From Dudresnaya verticillata (taxonomy: Eukaryota): DNA of 64,000 bases. The position numbers were made by a program, and so were the translations under genes. Every line of letters begins with the position of its first letter. Position 1 is the stretch's first letter. The DNA lies in the NCBI GenBank assembly GCA_977862235.1, contig OZ374557.1, positions 2,170,001-2,234,000 on the forward strand. Direction: 5' to 3'. The notes under the pieces were generated by a model. The model was not told where the DNA came from, made no database searches, and worked only from the letters and a program-made list of their open reading frames with translations. Below are positions 25,101-36,413 of the stretch, in pieces.

Positions 25101-26254
25101 ATTGATTTGTGCTTCGACACGTGTTCACGGCAAATAACAATACATGCGTTGCTCTCGACGCTTGATTCAATACATGTGAAAGACCTGTACAGTTTCATAG
25201 GAGTGGAGTATGCCCCGGGGCAAATACAACTCTCGTTAATAGCATCAGAATGGCCTTTCTGGGTCCAAGTCTTTATTTCCGCGCCTTGGGCGTCGGTGCA
25301 ATCTTCAGTGCAGTCTTCAGAGCATGTATCTCTACAATTGACGTCATTCCACCGAGTATATGCTGGATGTCACGAGATGAATACCCACAGGCATTCTGCT
25401 GTGGCAGCCCGGGTGATGGAAAAGAAATCACACACAAACGTTGGTTTCATCGTGCAGGGCTCGATGTTACAGATACCTGTTGAACTGAGGGACTGAACCT
25501 GCTCGAGCTGGAGACAGGGAAGTGTGCGGGATATCCGTAATGATTTGTTCCCTGTCAAACGCAAACTGAATAGTGTCTGATTACAATTGTTTTTAATGTA
25601 TCCATTTGAAGTCACTGGCCGCTGGTGTTTTGAGGCCAATCCAGCTACCGTCTGCGCAATACAATCCGAATAACAATTGACTCTTGTCGGAGGAATCAGG
25701 CTCCAAGCCCCCCAAGTTGGCCAGAGTAGCAGTTCCAAGTGGACAGCAGTAGGTCCTGAATCAGAGGCGTGAGTGGGTTCTGGATGGAAAAAGGTAAAGC
25801 AAAATTGCAGCTCACGAAGCAATTTCAAAAAGGCTAGCAAGTGAGACCAAGTTCGCAAGCACGCCCCATTCACCAGCACGTCCAGCACACCGAGCACCTT
25901 CGGTTGTACTCGCAGCGGGTATTGACCAGGCAGAATGTTCTGAACCCTGGCGCGCGCGTCTGGGAAGCGGGGCCGTGACAGTTTGGACACGGTTTGAAAT
26001 ACAAACCCTAAACTCTCTGTAGTGCTGCCAACACAGTCGTTTGCGTGCAATTAGTCCGATACTCAACCATTTTTAACTCACATCCTGTTCCAGACGCGGG
26101 CTTCGTTTGCTAAGGGCGATCTGAAATGTAACGGCGTTTTCAGGACATGGTGTGCGAGGTAGAGACAGAGCATCACGACATGCCTATGCTGCGAGCGCCT
26201 TGGGTGCGTGGTACGAGGGCACACGACGATCTGAAGTTGTCATCATGTCTGTGC

Positions 26255-26949
26255 AGTCGTGCCCATTAGCCCTTCACCGCCTTTCCTCGCTGTGCGCTTA
26301 CCAAGGAAACCACACTTCGCACTACCGTTGCGCTGCTGCCGACTGCTAGGCCGTGGAAAGCAATAAAGCAATGAAGCTGCAGGAGTAGTCGCGCAGGTAC
26401 TGAGCTAGATTTGGAGGCGGTTGTTGGTTCAGGCGCCCATCTGCACAGCTTTAGAACGCGGTGACGGTGATCTGTATGCGTTCCTGTACGGACGCGCACA
26501 GGACAGTACAGCAGGTGCGGTGAGAAGGCGTGTCGCGGCAGAGTAGGGTATGTGGAAACAGGGTCGCGCACGCATCTGCGCGGCTTTGAGCGGGGCGGTA
26601 CGGTACAGTCGGGGCATTGTGTGCCATGGGGGGCGTGCCGTGGCATCGGGGTGTGGGGGGCGAGCGCGTGGGGCAGGTGGGGACCGGGGGGACCAATTTG
26701 GCCCAGTGCGGACCACAGATTGGTCCGGGCGGGACAAATCGACGCAAGGAAATTATATTTCGGAAAACCTAGAAATATTTTGTGTAAAATCACGCAAACC
26801 GCAATAACTTTGGAACAAATGGTCCGTTGGCCAATCGGATTTCACCATCGCACTCAGGGGACGCTTACCTTTCCAAGGATGCCACAATATAGCTTCTTGA
26901 CTTCAGTCTGTTTTCAGAGTCAGATTCTGGAATGGCTTAAATGGGTGTT
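26255..26949 (-). repeat. Right terminal inverted repeat
   Basis: Reverse complement of 17205-17892. Confidence 0.92.
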
Positions 26950-28079
26950 ACCCGCATTTTCCGGCGTGGGTCCTGGGGGCGAGGCCGCCGTGTAGTTATG
27001 CCGTAGTGGGTTATGCTGTAGAAGCATCCTAGTTCGGGGCGGTCGATCGCTTCGCTAGTTTTAAGACCGCCTCTGCGTGTCTGGGTCATTAAAGGGCAAG
27101 GGGTGGGTCGACGCGTTTCCAACAGCTGCGACCTCTACCGCGCGGCGGCGTGCGAGCTATGCTCGCTTTAGCAGGTGGTGGGGTTTCGACGCCCCACCCC
27201 CTATGGGTGCCATTGCTCCTGACCCACGTCGAAGTGGGTGGCGGTCCGCAATGCTGGCGTTGATGACACACAGGGGACTGCCTGCGCGCGCAGCGTCGCG
27301 TCGATGCGGGGCGCTAGCGCGGTGCGAGTGCCCCTAGTGGTGGCGTCGCGGTGCTTTGCGCGCCGGGGGTGACCGCTTCGACGCGGTCCCCTCCCATGGA
27401 GTAGCTAAACGCGTGGCGGCGTCTGCCGAGGGGCTCATCTTGCCGGCTGGCGCCGCCTTCGTGCCAAACCCGTCGACGGGCTGGGTGGGACGTTAGCCCC
27501 ATGGCGGCGGTTTGCGCAGCCAACCCCGTGCCAGGGGCGTTGCTGCCCCTGGGTGAGTGAGCAGAGGCCCAGGGGTGTCGCACCCCATTGGACGTTCCCA
27601 ATTATTTGTGTTTTGGCTACAGTAGACACTGTAACCTGAACACAAATCCGCACCTCTGTGCTTGTGGGGTGCACACGTCCCAAATGTGGGTAAGCGCGCG
27701 CCCGCGGGGCTGTATTTGGAAGGGGTCAGTCGTCTGCCGTGGTGCCCTCTGCCTTCCCACCGTGGAGGTGATTGTGCCGCTCACGCGGCGAAGCGCTGCG
27801 GTGCAACTCGAAGGACGCCGGCCTTCTTGGCTCTGGTGCCCCACATCGACATGGGGGCTGTGCACAATGGCGCCGCGCCCGGTTAGACGCCAGGGTGGTG
27901 GATGTTGGCCGCCGATTGCGCGCGACGGCGGCGTGACGTTGGTGAAGGAGGCGTCGATGCCTGCCCTTCGCCATCTGCGTGCAGCTGCCACTTGACGTCG
28001 ACGTCAGTGGCGCTTCGACTTGGATGGTTTAGCGGCTTCTCTAGCCGGATCGCGTCGAGCTTCGACGCTCGTTTCACGT

Positions 28080-29378
28080 GCGCATTTTGTCGACCTCATC
28101 CTGTTATGCTTGACGGGCCTTCGGGCCCGACCGAAAAGGTTGCGTAAACACAGGTTTTGAACCTTCTTGAAGATCAATATGGTGTTCGGTAACCTTGATG
28201 GTGCCGCGTTGTCCGTCCCACATACCGGCGAACGGTTTAAGCATTTTGCGCACGCGGCGCCGATCCGAAGTGGACAGGTGTTCCAGCGCGAGTTCATAGA
28301 CCGTAATAGCGGTTGACGCTGATGTCGCAATTTTGATTCCAGGCTTAGAGTCTATATCCGTCTTCAGAGTAGCAGCAAGCCCTGCCCCACTACATCGGAT
28401 AATATTTCGGACGAGGGAAGCGAGTCACTGTCAGGAACATTATTCTCGATGGAGACAGTGTAGACCGGCGTCTGCGTGGGCGCCGGTACAGCCTTGCCAA
28501 GGCTTTGATTCTTGGAAAGCCGTTGAGGACGCGAAGAAACGTTCGCGACCTTGACGTGAAAGAGTCGGTTCTCTTGAATGTTGACGATTCCATTCTTCAA
28601 AACGAATTGTCGGTGCTCGTATAAGCGGGGGAGGAATTCCAGGAAATGTGTTCCTTTGGTAGAACAGGTCACAGGAACCCATGACTCACTGTCGGGCAGT
28701 AAATTAGTAGTTTGTGCGACGCGAATGAGTCGCGAGTTAGGTAACGGGGGAACCTCCAGTGGTTCTTCAGACCTGCCCTCACGAGGTATACCACATCGGC
28801 GGCGTAGAATTGGGTGAATGGATCCGTTGCGAAGAACCATGTTTTGTTGGTGGACGCGCAACCCTTCCACGTGGGTATCGATAAACGTGCAACTCAAAAT
28901 GGCATCTACTGCAAATACCCTTACGACAAAAAAGGTTGTCGAACCGTGTAGGACCCGAGCGTGATTATCAGGGAGACTGTTCCCAGTGTAGTTAGTCATT
29001 GACTTGACGCGGAGATCAAGTTCACAATTGATCGCGTTGTAGAAATCCGTTTCTTGTCTTTCGGTGATAGAACATCCGCGCGGATGATATTAGGGGCTGC
29101 CCCTGTATCCAATACGGAGAGAACACGATTAAGGTCGTGAACAGAAGTCCCGATGGACTCAGATACTTTATAGTTGTAGCGCGACAAAGAGAAAACGGGA
29201 GCCTTACAATACTCATGATATTTCCGTCCAGGGGTAAGCCCATGGGACGCGCTAAGATCTTCTTAGGAAGAGAAGTAACAGATTCACTGACAACCGGTCG
29301 ATCCGTTGAGGAGAAGCTTTCGAAACTGTAGCTCGAGGAGCTGGATTCAACGTACCGATCGGGGGGTTCCGATGCCAC
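28080..29378 (-). pseudogene. pol: pol fragment: aspartic protease and linker
   Basis: RVLSVLDTGAAPNIIR; AVDAILSCTFID; collinear with 39227-40440. Confidence 0.85.
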
Positions 29379-29389
29379 CTGAGATATGT

Positions 29390-31985
29390 GGTGTACCGAA
29401 ACCGGGGCCCCCTCGCTAGTTTTTCGCCCTCATTTCTGGCAACCACGGTAGCGGTGGAGGTGGTGGGAAGGGACCAGATCCTTGGCGTGGTGATCTGGGC
29501 GTTTGCCTCAGAACGTCAATGGGGTGGTTCAGTCGAGGTTTTAATTGAACCTGTCGATTTCCCCCTTGGTTTGCACCCAAAAATTCACGGGGCTCCATCG
29601 GATGCCCTATGGGCGGCCCGGCGGGCACTCGCTCGTCAGCGAACTCCGGTAGTCGGTCACCGGTCGCCAACCACTCTTTTTGCTCGCGTGATAGTTGATG
29701 AAACTGTCTTCTTTTAAAGTCTCAAAAGACTGCTCATCGGTACGAGCCAAATGTGGACAGTTGGGCGTTTTATGGCCAATGCCGTAGCATTCGAAGCAGA
29801 TATCATTGGGTTGGTCTTCAACCGTCATCCACCCAGGGCGTTGAGTCCTGGTTGGCTGTGACCGGGCTGGAAACCTATGATTGTAGTTCTGCAGTACCGC
29901 GTCAACTTCACCGTGATACGGTTGGTCGTAGTAATACTGTCCTGTCTACCACGAGTCCGATTGGGTCGCTGTTGATGGTGGCGCTTCGTTAGCAATTGCG
30001 GCCACGACCGCGTCTTCGCTTTACGCATCAGAGCCACTGCTCTTTGAAGTATCCGAATAGAAGGCGGATGCATCCTTCGCCTAGCGAATAAGGAGTGCCC
30101 GTCCTGACTTGTGAGTACGAATTTTCTTCAAGGTCTTCCTTGGTAGCGTCCTATTCGCTTTTGGCGTTCGTCCGCCACCCACCAGCGCCCAATGGGAATA
30201 TCCCTGTGCAATCGCCAGCGCGACATAATCCGCCAGTCTGGTAGTCCTTGGGTCCAATGACGACGTACTTAAAAGAGGCTTCACCGCTGGTACAAAACCA
30301 CGAATAAACCTGGTTATCAAATCTTGTTCGGTGTATACACCAGCGACTCGACGCGCTTTGTTCTGCAACCTTCTTGAAAAGGTCACCTCGTCCTCATCTG
30401 GCTCCTGTGCCATAGTGTCCATCTCAGAGGCAATCCTCTCAATATAGAAGTCCTTGGCATAAGTCCGAAGGAGGTAATTCACGGCTTCGGGCTATTCGGT
30501 GAAACCGGCATTGTCGTCACCCGCAGCGTCAAAATTCGCTTCAAACATATCCTTCGCATCCTTCTCGAGGAACTCGGGGGTGGCGAGGATAGCGGCACCT
30601 TCGCTGATATGGGCTTGATCAAGCTGCCTCTTCAGCGTGGCTAAGAAGCCAATAATTGACACAGGGTCACTTCCGTCAAAACGGCGACTCCGCGTAACGG
30701 ACTTGACGCGTTTGACTTTCTTCGTTTTCCCCTCGGTCACCTCGGGCCCGCGGTAATCATCCAGGTTCAATAACCTACATATTCTGTAGGACAGTACCTG
30801 TATGAAGTCGGGATTCCTAGGAGTCAGCTCCTTCACACCGGCACGTCGGGGACCCTTCCACGAAGACCGTGAAGGTCTAGAATGCGAACGGGAACCCGGT
30901 CCTTCTTCATCCGATGGACCTGGACTAGGGTGAGACCCTGACCGATGATTCTCTTCGTGGCGATGACTTGAATATCGGTTACGATAAGAATCCACTTGGT
31001 CACGGTGCGCAGAAGACCCAATTGGTCTGTTGCATTTGCAACCAGATTGGCAACGGCCTCCATCTCCTTCACCTGGGGACCCACTGTACGACCCCCTATG
31101 GGGTAGCCTCCTACGCCTGTCGCGCGTGCCGCGAGGTACCGGTGACCGACGTCTCATGACTTCAGGGATAGTATCCCTTTCGCGGATTACGCGCCGCATC
31201 TTCAATTCCAGAAAAGCGACACGACGCTTCTCCTCATCGAGGTCTTTCCGTAGGACCTCGATGGCTCTGTCCTGTTCAACGCACCGTGCGTTGTCTACGT
31301 TGAATGGAACGTCCGCAATAGCCATTACGGATTCTGTCCTGGAAAGGTGGGCAGCCTTCGAGGCTTCATCTAATTCAAGGTGAACCGATTCCAATTGGTC
31401 CCCCAGTGAGTCCACTTGGGCTTGAAGGGTCTCGACCCTTTCCTCTTCTAAACCCCTCAAGGGGCGTTGTTGGCAACGAGAAGTGACCATCTCTTGGCAC
31501 TTAGCCAGTAGCTGGTCGTCTCGACGAGCGGTGTCGTCGTCGAAATAGCGTTTTACCCGGGTGAGGGTTTCGTCCGCCTCGCTTCCAGGTAGCGCCAATA
31601 CGCTAGTTCCGAGAGCATTTTCGATGCCGGTCTCAACCAAATGACCAATCTCACGCTCCGTGAAGCACCGTTGGTCGGTTGAGTTTGCCTTTGTTCTCAT
31701 CGGCATTCCGATATCTGGCGGAAGCGATGAAGTCGTTTCTTCTTCTAAGGCCAGTCCGCCTGTATCATGCTGGCTGTAACCAGATTGAAGCATCAGCGGC
31801 GGCAGCATCCTTGGATTCGGGCCCTCATTCGCACCGATGTTGGTGGTGCTGGTGGCTGCAGTCCGGGCCGTGTTTTCTCCTTCAGGGATCTGTCCCTTTC
31901 CACGGGCATATGGATCTTGATCTCCTGGTGCGCCCGCCATTCGGGGCGGGCGTTCCACTTCTCGTACTATAGGACCTCGAGCCAA
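29390..31985 (-). pseudogene. gag: gag (stops/frameshifts)
   Basis: ORFs 30492-31985, 30081-30482 and 29607-29828 are collinear with 36414-38989. Confidence 0.85.
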
Positions 31986-32607
31986 AGCGGCTACACACGG
32001 GTTCTTGCTCCCGTGATCCTCACGGAGGATAACCTGCCTGTACGGCTACCGCCCGGGCTCGTTAAGCCTCGCTGGGTGGTATCACCGCTAGATGGCGGCG
32101 TCTTCTAAACGAGGTTGTTATCGACAACCTTGAAACGTAGGATTCGGTTCTGTGGTTGCACTACTCGTGGAACTTCTCCCTAGGATGGAAACCTTCTCAG
32201 AACCGTAGTTCTCGGGGTTACGGGCGATTCCGTCCACGTGGAACGCCCAGCGTGCGCGCCCGCATAGCCCGTATACAGACATGATTTTGATGACAGGTGT
32301 CACGAGAACCTGCAGGAAGAGTTCCTTGAAGGGGCGTCACTCCACGACCAGGATCGTCTTCCTTTTACACGATTAAAACCGCAGAAACGGTGGCAGTTGC
32401 TTGCCTCGAATTTGACGCAACTTCAAAGCTTGGTGTGAAGCTGAGAGACCGTCGACACTGGGCCGACTATGGTTCCACCCTCAGGAAGTTGTTCCTTAAA
32501 TTCTTGCCCGGGGAATTCCCGTCCCGTGGAAAGTTCCGTACGAAGACTTGAGGATGAGGTATTAAAAAGGGGCCGACCCTAAAAACGATTCGAGGTCGGG
32601 AGACCAC

Positions 32608-33144
32608 TGTAGTAGAATGGCCACGGGGGCAGGTAGAACGGAAACAACCAGAACACCTGTCCTTTGGCCAACACTAGCTTTGGTAGCTCGGCGGAAAAGG
32701 AGAGTTGGTAGAGACTTGGGGAAAAAGGCATAAAGCCTAGGGAAAAAGGGGAAAAGGAACGGCGGCGCTACCCAGCTCGCACAGAGATTCCGTCGTGTGG
32801 AGACAAGGATCGTAGAGCTCCTGAAAGGGGAAAAGGGTACAGTGAGTCCGTGAATTCCAAAAAAGGGCAAAATACCCAAACCCGCCTTAGGGTTCTATTT
32901 AGGAGGCCTCTGCTACTCAGGGGCCTATTACGTATAGCAGAGCCGGAAATGATTACCCCCTAATAGCTATTCTAAGCTATTCTAGCTGTAATTATTAATC
33001 TAATAGTACGGTTGTCAGTTATAAACACGGATTAGTGGTAGTACCGCGTCGGGCCGCATGAGCGGCCACAATGAATTACCCAATGGCAATTCACCATCAA
33101 ATTTGGTGCCAGCAGGGACGCCAGCGGGCGGCATCATCCTTACA
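32608..33144 (-). repeat. 5' LTR
   Basis: tgtagtagaatgg...ccttaca adjacent to the PBS; partial copy at 54058-54374. Confidence 0.75.
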
Positions 33145-33413
33145 GAACACGGCGCTTGTGCGCGCCTTACAGCTTGATGCGCGTGGGCGTGTTACACCTT
33201 AATGCGCACACATGACTTAGAGTGCGCTAGCACTCTGCTGCGGCTCATTCTTCCACAAAGAAGGCGGGTTATCGACGGCCGCGCGTCAGCTCGCCCGTCG
33301 TCCGCACACCGAAATGGCCACTTCACCACATGCGGCAGCGGCTGGATCAGGAGGACTCCACATCCTTCACTTCGATCGCGTCGATGCGGGAAGTACTAGG
33401 GTCTCGACGACTT

Positions 33414-34159
33414 CTAGGTCGGGAGACCAGTGTAGCATAGACGTCGGGTCGATACGAAGTCTGATACTCGCTGGTCCAAAACCGTCACACAGACCCGTTG
33501 ATGGGTAGCTATTGTGTCGTAGAGCGGTGTCGGCCGCGTGCGCCCCGCAGTTGCGAATCGACGGCGTCGATGCTGGAGCGCGCATGGGGCGTACCGTACC
33601 AGGGAAGGCAGTGGCCAGATCCCAGCGTACCTGTCGAAGGGCGGCACGAAACCGATGGAAAGGAAAACGAAAAGCCTAGCGAGGCAAGGGAAAAAGAGAA
33701 CCGCCCTCTGGCGTATAGGAAAAGGGATCGAACCCTAAGAGGATGTGAGCAAGCTTCAATGCGAGCTGTTGGTTCCCCGGTTTAATGAACCGTCGATGGC
33801 AGACGGCCATAAATACCCTACACTATCTACACTACGGCTACTATACAGTGGGGGTACGCCCTGCAACACCAACGCGGGAGGTGTGCGCGCGCGCCCATAC
33901 ACGTGTCGACACGTCCGGATAACGGCTACCCGTTGGCTCGCGCGGGGCGTAACGGACAGCGGCCCTCTCAACGGCTCGATGCCGGAGAGCGCCACTGGGG
34001 CGCGCCGTGTGCGGCACGGCGCGCGGACGCTGATGACAGTAAGGCGATCGACCGCAGCTAAAATCAACGAACAAACTAAAGGCACGTTGCCCAATCACGA
34101 CTTACCAGCTGTGCGTCGTCGGGTGCCTCATTACAGTGCGTAGCTGCGCACCCCTTACA
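33414..34159 (-). repeat. PBS (33414-33429) plus 5' LTR (33431-34159) of another gypsy family
   Basis: ctaggtcgggagacca-g-tgtagcatag...ccccttaca; similar to 13286-14120. Confidence 0.7.
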
Positions 34160-34299
34160 GACGCTGCTCATGGGGTGTTGACCGCTATTCTACACCAACG
34201 TCGGGCCCTTTTGGTAGCGGCTGTGGTGAAGTGCGATTCGGCATCCGAAACGGTGGAAATGCATATAGTGTGGCCTGAACCGTTGTGGGATGTGTGCAC

Positions 34300-34520
34300 G
34301 TGTACCCGTGTCGGTGTTGGGCGCATTGTTGTGTGCTGGCGTACATTTCTGTGCAGCAGTGGAGCGCACCAACCGTAGCGGAGTATTTGTAGTATTTATT
34401 CTCTATTTTTAGTGACCCTGTGTACAGTTTGTAGAGTAGCACGCCAGCCAATGAGAATGCTGCGCATGTCCTTGTCGGAGATTGGGACCAGCAGGGCCGA
34501 TTCCACCATGGATCCAGACC
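34300..34520. repeat. Dispersed repeat (probable LTR fragment), second copy at ~54660-54875
   Basis: Shared ...ccaatgagaatgctgcgcatgtcc...ggagattgggaccagcagggccgattcca...ccagac. Confidence 0.75.
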
Positions 34521-34948
34521 ACTAGGGTCTGGTCCACACGGACCGGACCACTCGGTGCCACCGTGACTGGTATACTGTATCAGGGCGGCACCGCAGCGGC
34601 TCCTAAGGTAAACGGGCAAGCAACCCATGAGCCTCAATCCCACTGTAGTTCTTTCCTTTACGGTTCTCCCCGCGCCGAGCCCGTTTCGGTCTACCACCAC
34701 CACCGTTACGGAGTCCGTCCCGGCACTTGTACCACCCCCTTGTCTGTTGCTTCCCAATATCCGTTTCGGTTAGCCGCTCGCTGTTCTCCCGTCTCGGTGC
34801 GAACTGCTCTATCACCCCGTGGATGCAGTGTCGCTCTCGTCCCGTGTAGGAAAGTCAGGCCAGCTGTCCGTTACGGAGTTCGTGGGTTTTCACTACACCA
34901 CAGCCGCACTGGCGCACTGGTGCCAGATGATCCGTTACGGTAAGTTTG

Positions 34949-36010
34949 TGTGGTACGACGAGCGCTGGGGCGCTGTAAGGAGCCACACGTACACGCGATG
35001 CCTGTAAGGCGTGTGACACCGGAGTGAGATGGCTGCTTGCCATTTGACAATTACCTACGCGAACACTATGCGCGCTGAGTGGTGGATACGCGCCATGATT
35101 TCACGCCTATTTTGTGGGCGGGGTCTTACAGTGACGCGGCACGTACTGAAGCTGTATGACCGCTCATTCCTATTTTTAATCGCTAGTGTAACTGTTAGTG
35201 TACAGTACAAGTCGCACCGCCTTCGGCGGGGGCGGCGCTGCGCGCCGCTAGACCCCGCGCCTTCGGCGCGGGACGGCACTGAGTGCTGGTATGATAATCC
35301 CCGCGCCGAAGGCAGCCGCGGGGTGCAACGCCGGTCGCGCGCACACAAAAGTAAAGGACCAAATTAAGAAATCAGTCGCACAGCAAAGGTGTCGGCTGTA
35401 AGGAGCACCATCCCGCCAATCAATGGTGAGCTTTGCTGCTGCTGCTGCTGCTGCTGATTTTTTTCATTGGCGCTGCGGCCGTGTATTTTCGATATAATTT
35501 CGGATGCGTAGAAACTATTGTAGCGCGACGTGGCAGCATTGGCGCATCGATGTAGAATTTTGTTTAATTTTGCAACCCTACCCTGCCTAATACTACCCTT
35601 TGGGCGGTCATACCCCTACAAATTCTTACTATAAGGTAAATTAGCTCACTGTTAGCATTATAGCTCTAACTGAGCGGGTAGTACCTTTCGGGCTCCCGCC
35701 GTATTTATTAGGCCCCTGAGTAGCAGGGGCCCTGCACTAAACGGGCTGCGGTGTGTGCCATGGGCTTTTACCTTTGTTGAACTCTCACGGTATCAACGCT
35801 ACAACCCCCGTTAGGCGTTTACGAGCCGTGCTACCTACGACGACTGCTCTAAGCAGTACGGTTCGCCTCCCCTTTTCCCCCTCTTTTGCAGGGGTTGCAA
35901 TCCTCTCAAGTCTCTACCACCCCTTTTGAAGCTACCAACCACGCGAGTGGGATCACGCAGCTGTCGTGCTGTGTGGTCGTCTGCTCTGGCTTGAAAGCCA
36001 TTCTACTACA
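34949..36010 (+). repeat. 5' LTR (1062 bp, with ~430 bp absent from the 3' LTR)
   Basis: Matches 48228-48887 except 35207-35640. Confidence 0.9.
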
Positions 36011-36011
36011 G

Positions 36012-36026
36012 TGGTCTCCCGACCTA
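36012..36026 (+). promoter_or_regulatory. Primer-binding site TGGTCTCCCGACCTA
   Basis: 1 nt after LTR end ...ctactaca. Confidence 0.9.
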
Positions 36027-36413
36027 GAACAAGTTCTCTGGGTTGACCCTCTTACTACGTTGCCCTCGACGGGTCGAATCAAGACTCTCAATTCAGGACG
36101 GTTAGTCCGTTGAAGTTTTAAGAAATCTTCCTTTCGAAGGGTGAAACCCTCTTCGTCTCATTGTCGAAGGTTTCTACACTCTATTTCAAGCTCCGGAGTT
36201 ACGTCAAATCTTGTGAGCAAGCAAACTACGTTTACGGTTTTTAACCATCCGTAGAAGTACCTTTCAACGTCGGACTGACGCCCGGGTTGAGCTACTTCAA
36301 CAGGTTTTCCTTGCATCCTGAGAAAAAACGTGTAACGCTACGGTTCCGAACTGTCGAGAAGCCTGGGAAGAAGTCCCCGTTGAATCGTCGACAGAGCCGA
36401 AAATTCCAAGAAG

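Larger units (their letters stand above)
17205..26949. mobile_element. Complete ~9.7 kb DNA element with ~690 bp TIRs (AACAC family copy 2); no transposase recognised
   Basis: aacacccatttaagccattccagaat... at 17205 is the reverse complement of ...attctggaatggcttaaatgggtgtt ending 26949; GC-rich flanks join up when it is removed. Confidence 0.9.
28080..33144 (-). mobile_element. Ty3/gypsy element, 5' half (LTR-PBS-gag-protease), truncated just before RT
   Basis: LTR 32608-33144, PBS 32594-32606, gag 29390-31985 with zinc knuckle CFECYGIGHKTPNC, protease VLDTGA ~29100; pol ends at GSKPVFTQPFRSGPKARQA*QDEVDKM (~28085); same family as 34949-48887. Confidence 0.88.

Noticed and set aside
13286..34159. 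One 21-kb element bounded by LTRs 13286-14120 and 33431-34159
   Set aside because: Orientation and PBS/PPT fit, but the LTRs are highly diverged and the flanks (gtcac / gacgc) give no TSD; not supportable
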